A stretch of 64,000 bases of DNA from Asterias rubens (lineage: Eukaryota). The stretch spans positions 930,001-994,000 of the forward strand of contig NC_047082.1 of the NCBI RefSeq assembly GCF_902459465.1. Reading direction: 5' to 3'. The translations under genes and the position numbers were made by a program. Position 1 is the stretch's first letter. Every line of letters starts with the position of its first letter. Below, in pieces: positions 1 through 12,000 of this stretch. Below the pieces are notes generated by a model. The model was not told the DNA's origin, searched no databases, and saw nothing but the letters and a program-made list of their open reading frames with translations.

Positions 1-204
1 ATCAAGTGCACTGGGTTCTTTTACGTGCGTTACAACACACGGGACCAACGGCTTTACGTCCCATCCAAAGGACGAAGTAATGTTTTAGTGTCTTGCTTAA
101 GGACAATAGTGTCACGGCTGGGGACACACTCTGCTGATCAGAAACACCAGAGTTTGAATCCGGTGCTCTTATTCATGGAATGCCTTCCATGGCAAATAAT
201 ATAT

Positions 205-590
205 CCTCCTTTGTTACGAATTTAAAGTAATGTTTGAGGATCATATACCCATTATGTTGCTTTTCATGAGTTGCTTCTGCTCTTAATTTAAGTAGCCACA
301 AACTATTCCCTTATATGAAAATATAAATTCTCCCACAAGACAGTAGCATCTTATTCATCCAGCCATCTTATTCATTCATTCAGGTTATTATACTGAGTGG
401 ATGCTTCATCAAGCACCAACAGGCTTATCTAGTGTTCTCATCTCATTATTTTATCCCCGATGCAAATTTAACATCCTATAAATAAAAGTCAGATACTGCT
501 CTTTCTGTTTTACATGGCAGGTTTTATTTTATTGTTGTTAACATGGAACAATTTTGCTATACTTTATCTCGAATCTTCGTAAATTTCTAA
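205..590. repeat. Paralogous 3' flank shared by the two WSC-Sushi genes (copy at about 7869-8180)
   Basis: Collinear near-identical text CCTCCTTTGTTACGA...CTTAATTTAAGTA.CCACAAACTATTCCC...GATGCAAATTTAACATC...CATGGAACA at about 205 and about 7869. This shows a whole-gene tandem duplication. Confidence 0.85.
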
Positions 591-2013
591 GACATTTCGT
601 TATAAGCTGTTCGTTCGTAGATATATGTTTTAATAATGAGGCATTCGTGTTGCTTTAGAAGATGAATCAATCCAGTGATATACAGAATGTATATTTGGTT
701 TGCGGTAACACCATGTGTGTATCTACTTGCCAGGTAGAGTTGTTCTTAGGGAACTGTCTTGCTTTATTCTACTGCCGTGGAGTAGATAATCGGAGGTTCG
801 GGAGACTTCTCAGTTCTGAAAAGAACTGTCCTGCTTTTTAACTATTACCAGGGCGGATGGTATATATACAGAATGTTTGTCATAAAGTATCACTAAGAGT
901 TCCTCATATTAGCAATACATTATTAAACGCATACCAATGCTTTATGCAATAATAATCAAAAATATTATTTAAAAAAATATTTGCTAATCTTTCAGCCCCT
1001 TGAAATAAATCAAGTTTTATTTTTGCTGGATACCCGTGGGGCCTGTTTTCTATTTGTAAAAGGGTTAACCATTGTATGTCATAGAGCTATGCGTCATATC
1101 TAGCGATCACACAAATTATGACAGTACGCCCTCTATCAATTAAGTTCCTCGTAATTATCAACACATAACTAGAAATGCATCTAATGCTGAATATTCGAAA
1201 AATGCTCAACAGTGTTTGCAAATTTGTCTTCCCCTGAAATCAGATCAAACTTATTTGCTGAAAAATATACCACTGGGTCCTGTATTTATATAAGTTTAGT
1301 CGTTGAATGATAGAGCTATGCATTTATTACGAAGATCCTTGCTGCATATACTAGGGATCAAACAAACTATGATTAGTGTGTCCCCTGTATCGACTTAAAA
1401 TTGAAACAGATACAGGTCTTTAAAGTCATAAACATAGGTCAAGTACTTGAAACCACCATTAAGCAACAACTCTGGATCAGGTGTTATTTGTTGAAGTCAG
1501 AATTTTGTTTATGTACCCCCCCCCCAAAAAAAAAAAGTTTAATAAGTGTGACGTGCTCAACGAGTTCCTATTAATTTTGTCGGAGGGAGAAACACAGCCT
1601 TTATTTCCAGACCAACCCCGGATTATAAAGGAAACTTCCATCCTTTTAAAACCTTTTCCCTTCTCTAAACTTACAACATGCTTATGCAGAGAACGTTCTC
1701 AAAGCATTGACTTGTGACAACATCAAAAGGTTTTTGAAATGAGGCTAATGCGAGAAAAAACATTAGTAAAGATGTCCCCCTTTTTTAAAAGCTATTATGA
1801 TCTTTCTACATGGCATTTCCATTTAAAGTGTACTCGACAGGGCATTTTATACAAGCAATGTTGCTAGAATTATTTCTCAAATTGTCATTTTCTTGCTTTT
1901 TACAAACTCTCTGATCCGAATTGACCTTTTTTATGATTATTTATTCCACCTCAACACCTGAAAGGGGTGTGTCGATATGACTCGGAATCAAGTCATGACG
2001 TCATCAGCCTGGT

Positions 2014-5000
2014 CTAATTCTGACTCAGTGACGTCAACTTGATATCTGCATACTCGTGAACAATGTCATTACTGGACTGCTCTTGAGTGAATTTGTGGTT
2101 TTTATTTGTTGGAGGCGGATTAGGAATCTCGTACGCTGACATCGCACTTGTAGTGACATCAGATTCTTTCGAATTCGGATTGACTGCAGCTGCAGGGCTT
2201 GGAGTTTCATACGTTGAGTCAGTAATGACGTCATATTCCGACGAATTGGGATTAATTGCGCTCTTAGGACTTGAAGTTTCGTACGTTGAGTCTTTAATGA
2301 CGTCATATTCTGGTGGGTTTGAGTTAACTGTACCCAGACGGCTTGGAGTTTCGTAGGCTAACCCTGGAGTGACGTCAGCTTGTTTCGTGTTGACTGTACC
2401 ATTGGCACCATTTATTCCCCCGTCTCTTCTTTTTTGCCTGTATATTTTATAGGACAACATAGTTTAATTAACAATGTGGTTAGTAAGTTTTTCAACTGCC
2501 CGACAGTAGGGCCTACTTGTTATAGGCAATCATTTTCACACGTCGTGGACGTAATTTAAAGGGCAGGTTGCATCAAGCATAACTGGTTATTTTCCCTGAT
2601 GAAGTTCCTCATGTGCTTTATTGCCAAGGGAAGTGCGTCTACCTGTTGTCCTGTTGAGTCTGCTGCCACCGAGCGTCCTTTTTATGCAAGTCTGTCAAAC
2701 TTGATGTAACTTGAGACATGTGTCTTGGTAGTTATAATGCATTTCATTTGAACTTTAAATGATAAATGGTCATCACCGTGACCCGTGTTGGTCATATTGA
2801 CCCTATCCATAGTTAAGTTTATGCTTCAGATTGGGCCTCTTTGACCTAACCCGTGAAAACTAAAAAACGTGATCTGAAGACAGTTTGCATCTTACCTCTT
2901 TCTGAAGGTAATAATGACAATCACAATGAAAATCATCAAGGATACGATTACTCCAACTGCTATTCCAATGAAAGCCCCTGGTTGGATTAACAAAAAACAT
3001 AAACATTATCCAGAATAGCGGATTTGAGACATGGTTTCTAGTAATCATAGCAACTTCAAACTCCTTCCGGTTCTCTTTGATGTACCTACTCAGTTGTTCC
3101 CTGAATATCACTGTGATCTGATATGAATAAGCTTCCAAATCCAGAGGCGCTATTATGTTTTTTTGTTGAAAACATTAATAATTGTTTTGGGGTGACTTTT
3201 GTACACATTATGAGTAAGTTTAAGATACTTGCTTTATTTCAAATGAAGCAATGACATTGGGGTCATCACAGCACAATAATTATCAATATTAGGTTCTTTA
3301 ATAGTAGTTCGGGAGAAAACATTATTTCTCTGGACGATTTGAACTGGTATGAATTTTAGATAGACAAACCTGTTTTGGATGTTTGTGGGTTGGGTATCTC
3401 TCGCCCATCAGTGGTGTCACCAGGGTCACTCGATGGCCCTCCCGACGAGGCGGTCACTATCATGTTGTTAGTCTGGTTCGTAGTCGTGGGCACTACACTT
3501 GTAACTGTGTGTGAAACAGTTGTCATTGCCATGGGTGTGTTATTAGTCTGGGTCGTTGTCGGGGGCGATGCTGTGTATGAAAAAGTTGTCGGTGGTACAA
3601 CTATAATATGGAAAAGGACGGATACTTAATGTCACTCATTTATATTAATAGGATTTGATTGTTTTTGTTTTCAAGCCCTATACTTCACGGAGCCAACGAA
3701 GGCGATTGCTTCATGCCCCCTGGTCATGCCTTGGTGCCATTGAAATGCTCCAGTAGAAATGTACAATTTCCTTATCATAAGGGTGCCCTTTACCAAGGAA
3801 AAAATGCCCTGGCGCCCTTGCCCTTTCACTGAACGAAGCATACATGCCCGTGTTTTACTATTAGCGATTATATCCCATTGAATGTCCTATCGATGTGTGT
3901 TAAGTCTATGGTTCTGTAAACCTTAATGAAAGTATCGTCGCAGTGAAGTTAAGAATAGTGGAAGTGAGGGTGTGTCTGATGTTATTGAAACTTTACCTGC
4001 TGTGCATGTTGGTACAGAGTTGCTCCATTCTGCAATGTTTTCCCTCTTTATACATTCGATGGTCTCGGCTCCTTGAATAACGTACCCAGTGTTACACACG
4101 AAGCTTACATGGGTACCGAAGAACTTGGAGTTGGCTAAACTATAAGAGACGTGGGTAGGATTTGTGACTTCATGGCTCCCGTGGGCTGGTGGGCCAATTA
4201 CATTATTGCAAACTCCTTCGGAAACTGAAAGTCAAACACAAAATATTCTTTGATTGGAAGTCATATGTGGTTTAGTTTGCACATCCTAAAACGTATGCTT
4301 AAATGCAGTGGACACTATTGGTAATTACTCAAAATAATTATTAGCATAAAACCTTTCTTGGTGACGAGTAATGGGGAGAGGTTGATGGTATTAAACATTG
4401 TGAGAAACGGCTCCCTCTGAAGTGCCTTAGTTTTTGAGAAAGAAGTAATTTTCCACGAATTTGATTTCGAGACCTCAAGTTTAGAATTTAAGGTCTCGAA
4501 ATCAACCATCTGAACGCACACAACTTCGTGTGACAAGGGTGTTTTTTTCTTTCATTATTATCTCGCAACTTTGATGACCGATTGAGCTCAAATTTTCACA
4601 GGTTTGTTATTTTATGCATATGTTGAGATACACCAACTGTGAAGGCTAGTCTTTGACAATTACCAATAGTGTCCACTGCCTTTAATATAATGTTATATAT
4701 TTACCTAGTGTGAAACGGGCGTTTCGGAGTAATGTTATGTGACAATGTATAAGTTCAGCTCTGCTTTTCAAAAACAAGTTGAATCATTTAAACAAGCTGC
4801 AGTCAAGAAGACTTCATTTATAGCAGAAAATTACTTCAAAGTGTTGTGTGATATACTTGCATTGATTTTAGGAATATGTCCAATTTCCCTGTACCTTTTC
4901 CTGGTACTTAAATTATCAACCAACGCTCAATCGGGCGGAATTACAAAAAACAGCTGCTGGTTGAGTTTTTAAGCCAAGAATTAGCACATTTTTTTTACAA

Positions 5001-5668
5001 ATTGGGGGGGGGGGGGGGCAAATAGTTTGTGGTGTTTTTTGTTGGGGGGGGGCAAGTAAGTTTCTTAGCTTACTTTTGTAGATTGATATTCGCCAATGAC
5101 CACCGCAGTATTGGTTTGAGTTGCCTGGACAAATATTCCGGCACTCTGATTCTTTTGCTGTCCCACGTCTTCCATAATCCTCGTTGTTTCCGCAGTAACA
5201 CTCCGTCTCAGATTCTACACCAGCATATTTATAAGATCTACTGCCACAGTAATTGAAACACCACTCCACGGACAAGCTGTTGGAGGTTGTTGAATCCCCA
5301 CTCAAATCCCGACCTCTCCATGTCCCATCTTCAAAGCACCCCAAATATCCAGGTCCTATATAAAACGATACAAACGTAGCTATAGCAATTCTAATAGTGG
5401 TCACCAAAAGAGATGTTTCCAAAAGGAGATTAGCCGTTAAAAAAAGCAGTCTAATTTAAACACTTTGAACCACGCACACAAGTTGTTTTCTGTGTATTTG
5501 TAAAAGGCACGAGTTGTGGGCAGCGAAGACAAGAAACTAAAGCACTGATCTTGAAACTGTGTAATAGAGAGAGAGTTTCTTACCGGTAGTCTGCGCATTT
5601 GATGACGTCATTAGTTGATAAACCAACGCCGTCCAAATTAGTGCAGCTCCGTACAATGAATGAAGCAT
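2014..5668 (-). CDS. WSC-Sushi(CCP)-mucin stalk-TM receptor-like protein, paralog 1 (6 coding exons, about 443 aa)
   Basis: Exons 5668-5584 (signal peptide MLHSLYGAALIWTALVYQLMTSSNA-QTT), 5355-5074 (WSC: YLGCF...WCFNYC...YAGVE...CYCGN...CPGN...CGG.WRISIY), 4224-3997 (Sushi: C...PPAHG...FVCNTGYVIQGAETIEC...WSNSVPTC), 3600-3370 (Thr/Pro-rich), 2977-2896 (TM GAFIGIAVGVIVSLMIFIVIVIITFRKR), 2437-2014 (Tyr-rich tail). All junctions are GT-AG, phases are compatible, total 1332 nt. Confidence 0.88.
3678..3848 (+). repeat. Interspersed repeat of about 170 bp (copies at about 46820-46960, 50420-50590 inverted, 54900-55068)
   Basis: Shared text ATACTTCACGGAG...GCGATTGC.TCCATGCCCCTGGTCAT.GCCTTGGTGCC.TTGAAATGCTCC...GGTGCCCTTGCCC...ACGAAGCATACA. 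Confidence 0.8.
4299..4685. mobile_element. Kolobok-like MITE family A, full copy
   Basis: TTAA-flanked; TIRs A(T)GCAGTGGACACTATTGGTAATT ... AATTACCAATAGTGTCCACTGCCT. TTAA TSD with RR..YY ends is characteristic of Kolobok. Confidence 0.85.
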
Positions 5669-5818
5669 TCTTTTGGTTCCAAATGCCTGAAATCAAATTG
5701 TACAAGTAACTGAATATTTGTATAAGAATATGAGTGTGTGTTGTACTAACTGGGTGTGTTTTACTTCCTTGTCGGACTACACTTTCAAAGTTTCCTTTGT
5801 ATAATATAAGTACTGCCA

Positions 5819-6200
5819 TTAAGGACTCTGGACACTATTGGTAATTGTGAAAGACCGGTCTTCTCATCTTGCTGTATCTCAACATAATTAATAACAAACC
5901 TGTGAAAATTTGAGCTCAATTGGTCGTCGAAGTTGCGAGATAATATTGAAAGAAAACCACCCTTGTCACACGAAGCTGTGTGCTTCCAGATGTTTGATTT
6001 CTTGACATCAAAATCTAATTCTGAGGTCTCGAAATCAAATTCGTGGAAAATTACTTCTTTCTCGAAAACTACGTCACTCCAGAGGGAGCCAATTCTCACA
6101 ATGTTTTATACTATCAGCATTTCCCCATTACTCGTTACCGAGTGAGGGTTTATGATAATAATTATGGTGAGTAATTACCAATAGTGTCCACTGCCTTTAA
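5819..6200. mobile_element. Kolobok-like MITE family A, full copy
   Basis: Same TIRs and TTAA flanks. An empty-site duplicate lies at 6318-6389. Confidence 0.85.
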
Positions 6201-6477
6201 GCCGTGTTTCATAGTGTGCCCCCCCCCCCCCCCCCCCCCAATCAACAAATTCTGTCCCCAGTCAACACTAAACTCAAAATCATATCCTATTTAGAAATTT
6301 ATTTTCTGCTAGGTGAAATTTACTTCCTTGTGTCGGACTACACTTTCCAAGTTTCCATTATAAGAACTGCCACTAAGCCGTGTTTCATAAGTCCGACTCC
6401 ATCAACAGATTCTGCATTTCCCTATTCGACACTACTCAGCTATTCAGCGATGCATCTTTTTTTTCAAGACATCACCG

Positions 6478-6724
6478 GGCCCAGTGTCATGGAGCTGCTT
6501 AAGCACAACACTTTGCTTAAGCAAAATAATCCTTGCTTGGTAAAATCAGACCACCGGTCAAGACTCTATTCAATATTGTTGTTGTGCTAACTAAACAACA
6601 GCTAAATACCAGGCTCGAGCAATCTTTGTGGCATGAAATTTTGGTCAGTAAAATGTTTAATACGAGCAAGCTATTTTCGTGCTTAAAGGCACATTTTTTG
6701 CTTAAGCAGCTCCATGAAATTGGC
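6478..6724. mobile_element. MITE family with GCCCAATTTCATAGAGCTGCTTAAGCA TIRs (copies at about 28460-28640, 40300-40455 partial, 52312-52488)
   Basis: Inverted termini and shared internal text in 4 copies. Confidence 0.75.
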
Positions 6725-7588
6725 ATCGTTGTATCTCCCATGATGACATATTTGTTTCGAAAACCACCATATTTTATCAATGATTATGCTAATACATGAC
6801 TATATTTGTAAATGAGTGAATTGCTTTGGTTCCAAAATGTATGAAATAATATTGCACAAGTAACTGTCTTGAATATTGGTATTAAAATTTGAGTTTTATA
6901 TTTAGCTGGGTGTCGGACCACAGCGTCCACTTTGAAGTGTGGCAATGACCTGGCTAGTGCCTCCATCGACACTATACTTATTACTAAACCCAGTATTCAG
7001 ACATCTGTCGTACTTCCATTGATGTCTACTTTCTTTCAAAAACCACCAGATACTCAGGCAGTATTATTCAGATAGGCATCCTGTATTATTTGCATGACTC
7101 TGTTTCGACAAATATCCACATCTAGGTAATTAGTACATTAGTTTTTATGTAGACACACTCTCACCAAATGTCGAATAATGCCACAAGCATTTACCCGTCA
7201 GTTTCAAATCTGTTTCATTCTTGGTTATCCTTTTCCATTGTTTTAATATTTTGTCATAAATCTTCGAACATAATATAAACTTACCTTTAGACTGATTCTA
7301 TGCACGAGAATCAAGTACAAGCCACAACCGCAGCAACAAGTGAGAGTTAGCAAAGAACATACACATGCAGTTCCTTCATAGGGTACACCACTCGTTTTCG
7401 CAAAACGCTACAATGATTTCGTGTACTTTGCAAAACCAACTTTTGTGCTACCAGTCAGTGATCAATAGTACGGCTCAGTGTACACGGTGCACTGTGTGGA
7501 GTTTTTTTCCACTTCTTTTTTGAGTTCATCACCTGTTGCAAAAAATCCATGATACTATTCTTCTTTAGTTCCGCATTTCATTGTAATA

Positions 7589-7740
7589 GGGTGCGTTCGT
7601 TTAGCTTCCCTGGGTCGACCCCGGTGTGTGGTGGGGTTTTTTTTTCCAGGACGAACGTGGGTAATTATCTGCACACGTTCGTCCTGGGAAAAAAAACCCG
7701 CCACACACCGGGGTCGACCCAGGGAAGCTAAACGAACGCA
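7589..7740. mobile_element. Palindromic MITE (about 150 bp); second copy at about 58307-58456
   Basis: GGGTGCGTTCGTTTAGCTTCCCTGGGTCGACCCCGGTGTGTGG ... CCACACACCGGGGTCGACCCAGGGAAGCTAAACGAACGCA, almost entirely self-complementary. Confidence 0.85.
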
Positions 7741-9092
7741 TAATAGGTTTTGAGTGTAACAATGAATAAAAGAGAGAGCCCTCACTCGTTCAAATTCGTT
7801 GGTATAATAGTATTGTATACACTTTAGGCCCATAAGGGTGTAAAATGCCAACTAAAACACTCGCACTACCTCCTTTGTTACGAGTTGCTTCGGCTCTTAA
7901 TTTAAGTAACCACAAACTATTCCCTTTTATATGAAATATAAATTATTCCACAAGACAGTAGCATCTTATTCATTCATTCAGGTTCTATGAGAGTGGATGC
8001 TTCATCAAGCACCAACAGGCTTCTCTAGTGTTCTCATCTCATTCTTTATCCTCGATGCAAATTTAACATCTCTTTCTATAAATAAAAGTCAGATACTGTT
8101 TTTTCAGTTTTACATGGCAAGTTTATTGTTGTTAACATGGAACATTTTGGTTGCTATGTTTTATCGAATCTCCATACAATTGTAAGACATAAGTGCATAA
8201 AATAACAAACCTGTACAAATTTGGACTCAATTGGTCATTGAAGTTGCGACAAAATGATGGAAAACACCCTTGTTGTATAAAATAGTGTGCTTTTAGATAG
8301 GAAAAGTATTCTGGCCAGAAGTCTTTTATAATTTTAGTGAGAAATAACCTCTTTCTCAAAAACTACGTTACTTCAGAGGGAGTCGTTTTTCACAAAGTTT
8401 TATATTATCAACAGCTCTCCGTTGCTCGTTACCAAGTAAGGTTCTATGCAGTGCCTTTAATGCTGAGGCATTCGTGTTGTTTTATAAACAAAACAATCCA
8501 CCGTGATATGCAGATGGTTGCGAACAACACTCCACTTAACAGGGTAAACATACCAATACATACATGCATAAAAAATGCTAACAGCTTAAATATTCAAAAC
8601 AAAATCAAATCAATCATATTTGCCTAAAACTATAACTCATCACAAAGCTCCTTGCTGCTAATCTAGAGATCACACACAATTCTTTTTTCGGGTCCTTTTC
8701 GGCATAGCACGTCTTAGTATCAAGCTTATATACTAATGAAATAATATAGCGTGACAAATTCTATATAGGCTAACTATGACCACGTGACTGTTCACTAGGA
8801 ACAGATCCTTCGCATTTGTTTGGTGGATCGTGCGTCATTCATTATCTATTATTTTGCTATGTTTTACTGACATGGTGCTCCAATATTGGAGTCCAATATG
8901 GATAGTTATCGGACACTCCGAGGCATCGTTCCCACTCGTTCCCGCCCGTTTGTCCAAACGAGCCAAGGGCGTGTCAACAAGGAGTCGTCGGCTATTGGTT
9001 GTATTTCACTTTCTAAATCAACAACCACAGCCAGGAAATGTATTTGCTTGTTGGCTTTATTCTCTTTCTGTACCATTATTATCGAAAGGGAT

Positions 9093-12000
9093 TCATTCAT
9101 AAATGATATTTTCAACCAATCCTGGATTTTCTTTCGCAGTTGTGAATGACTCGTACCGTCCATTTGAATCGTTTCCCGCCATTTCTGAATCATTTCCCGC
9201 CATATCTGGCTCGTCTCTGAACGAGGAACTCTCGTACAGAACATTGTCAAACAATCCAGTTCCAGCGTTCTCATGGGCCCCCGAAGATGGCTGAATGACT
9301 GTGTTGACGTAATTACTCTCGCCACTCCTGGACTGTTTCCGAACAACCTCACTGTAGAGCTGTGCTTGTGGGTTTTGGTTTGGCTCTTGAGGGTCCCTCT
9401 CCGTCGTTTGAACTGTGATCTCGTACATATTGTTTGAGAAACTCATCCCCATCGTATCCGTGGCAACAGCAGAGGGTGACGCCTTCCTCTTGCTTCTTCT
9501 TTTGAATAAATAAAATGTATAGAAAATAGTGAGATTTGCGTCTAGAAAGTTGCAAAGTTGAAAAGCGAGGACGACAGAGGTCGCTACTTTTTTTACATAG
9601 ACCTTTTCGCAAATACCCTTTTTTGTTTTTACCGCCCAAGGCCGGGTTGCAACTTTCTGTTTGTTTATGTTTGTTGTTTGAACTTACCTTTTTCTGCAGA
9701 TAAAAATGATGAAGGCGAGGCCAATGATAACTGCTAATAGTACTCCAATAACAATTCCAATGAGGCTGCCTATACAATAAAAGAAGATTGTTGTTTAACA
9801 AACATATTTTTAAGTTATAAGTAAGGATAATATATAGGAATGTTGTGTCAATTTAAAGCGGAATTGGAAATGCAAGGCATTTGAGGCAGCAGCCATTCTA
9901 TGGGTACAAACTCTTTACTGAAATGGTTGAATTGACCTGTTGGTGTTGCTGCCACCTAGCGTCCCCAAAAGGGTAGAGTTTGACTTAGACTGGGCCCCTG
10001 TCTTTATCCTGCTCATGATCCAGTGATTGCATTGGATACAATGATATCATTGGATACGTGCAGTGACATGAGCTTTACATGCCCAAACAGAACACTGCTG
10101 TCACGTCCGCAATAGATTTTGACTGCGTATCTCTATGTGAATGGAATGAGGTGAAAGGTGAAAATACACGCCGGTTTGAAAGTAGGTCTCTGGCGTGTTT
10201 CACGAGCCTCGAAGTGTGACGTCAGATGTTCAGGCTATAAGTTTGACTTAGACTGTTCCCTGTCTTGTTATCCTCCAACCACTGGTCTTATCAGGCCCGG
10301 CCAGTGCGTTCATTTGATACAATGATTTCATTGGATAAACGTGATGTGACGTAATCTATTGTGACCATGTTCTGATGTATTTTAATGATAAAAACAGCCG
10401 GTTTCAATTTGTTAAAGATCTCCTTGATTCGTACCTTGATCTAAAGTGAGTGTTTGCTGGGATTTTGTCGACGCTGCCTCGGTGCTCGATGGTGGCGCAC
10501 GACTCGCGTTTGTGGTTGTTATCTTACCGGTTGAGGGCGCAGTCGTGGTTGTTGTGGGCACAGTGGTCGTTGGAATCGTCGATGGTATAACAGCTTAGAC
10601 GAGGAGAAACAAAATAGGTGTATCAGTTAAGGTTTCCCTTTGATGCTGGAGTGGTCAGAGAGGGTAATCCATTTCCAATAAATGGACGACCGAGTTTTAT
10701 GTTTCAAAAGTTTGTGATGTCATCTTGGGTCACACAAAGTGTGGGTACTGGCATATATACCAGCATGTGCTTAGACAGTTCTGAGCTCTGAGAGTGGTGT
10801 GCAAAATAAACTTTATTTGAGGACCACATAAGGCCTATTCTCAAAGAGATATTATTGAATAGTCGGTCACATTATTAAAATCGAAAATTGGAGTAAGTGA
10901 GTCATTCGATAAGACGGACGGATCAATATATTGGGTCATTCGGTAAGACAGACGGATCAATATATTGGGTTGGTCAAAATATTTCGTAGAAAAATAGTCG
11001 GTTATTCTGAAATAGTCTTGTATTGTTTGTTATCTGCTTTGATCGCTTTTGCCAAATATGGATCACAGATAACAAATCTTGCAAGTGGCAGTATTCCAAT
11101 TTGGAAAGCTTTCAGGGAAGATAACAATACATGTTTTTCAAATAATACTACATATACAGGCGTATTACCTCTACACGTTGGTACAGTGTCACTCCAGCCA
11201 ACGGTGTTCTCCTGTAAGAGGCACATAATGGTAGAAGACCCATCGAGAACATACCCAGCATCGCAGAAGAAATTCACCCTTGTCCCGAGGAACTTGTAGT
11301 TGTCTAAATTATAAGACAGACCACTCGGGTTGGTGATCGAGTTAGTGCCATGGGCAGGTGGGCCTATTGCATTACTGCATACTCCTTGTGAAACTGACAA
11401 AAAAAAATAACAATATTTTATTCTTCAATCCACAACAGGGATCGATTTCAATTTTTAGTAAAGCAGATGTTTATGTCTACAAAAAACAAAGACCGAGTAT
11501 AGCCAGCTCAGAGCAGGCTTAAGATTTAAGACTATAATTATAGACCGCGCTATTGCAATCGGTCCATAACAAAAGACTGTCTAAGCTGGTCTCAAGTTTA
11601 GCCGGCTATAGCGCATAGACTGGTTTAAGACCGCTTGGTGCCATCCGCCCCAGATGTTTATGTCTACAGGGGGCTAAAATAGCGCCCCCTTGTTGATTAA
11701 TCTTTATCACGACTCGTCACAACTGATATCCTGAACATCTGACGTAACACTTCCAGGCTCGTGAATTACGTTTAGATACCATGGCTCTTGAGCCTATAAG
11801 TCAATCCCTGTCCACCACGAGCGTTCGTGACCTCGCTTCATTTTACATGGAGATTCGCACTCAAATCCCTCGTACATGTAATCAACCATTATAAAAAACA
11901 TAATTGCATGATATGTAATGTACTATGTGCACACAAACATTATGCACGCTACATGCTGCAGACGTGACGTGACGACCGAAAGTGAAGGCCCTTGCTTTGG

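Noticed and set aside
4315-4536. Recurrent ORFs such as MSHEVVCVQMVDFETLNSKLEVSKSNSWKITSF (also at 5933, 20262, 30473, 37623, 51534, 60900)
   Set aside because: They are translations of the non-coding Kolobok-like MITE. The frames vary among copies and there is no transposase motif.
7285-7400. Exon-like segment with a strong donor and hydrophobic frames, first considered as the signal exon of paralog 1
   Set aside because: The phase-compatible frame has an in-frame TAG, and a clean signal exon exists at 5668-5584. It is probably a 5' UTR exon.
8886-9352. Overlapping ORFs around the last exon of paralog 2 and opposite-strand ORFs over the paralog 1 tail
   Set aside because: They are shadow frames of real coding exons with no independent splice or start support.
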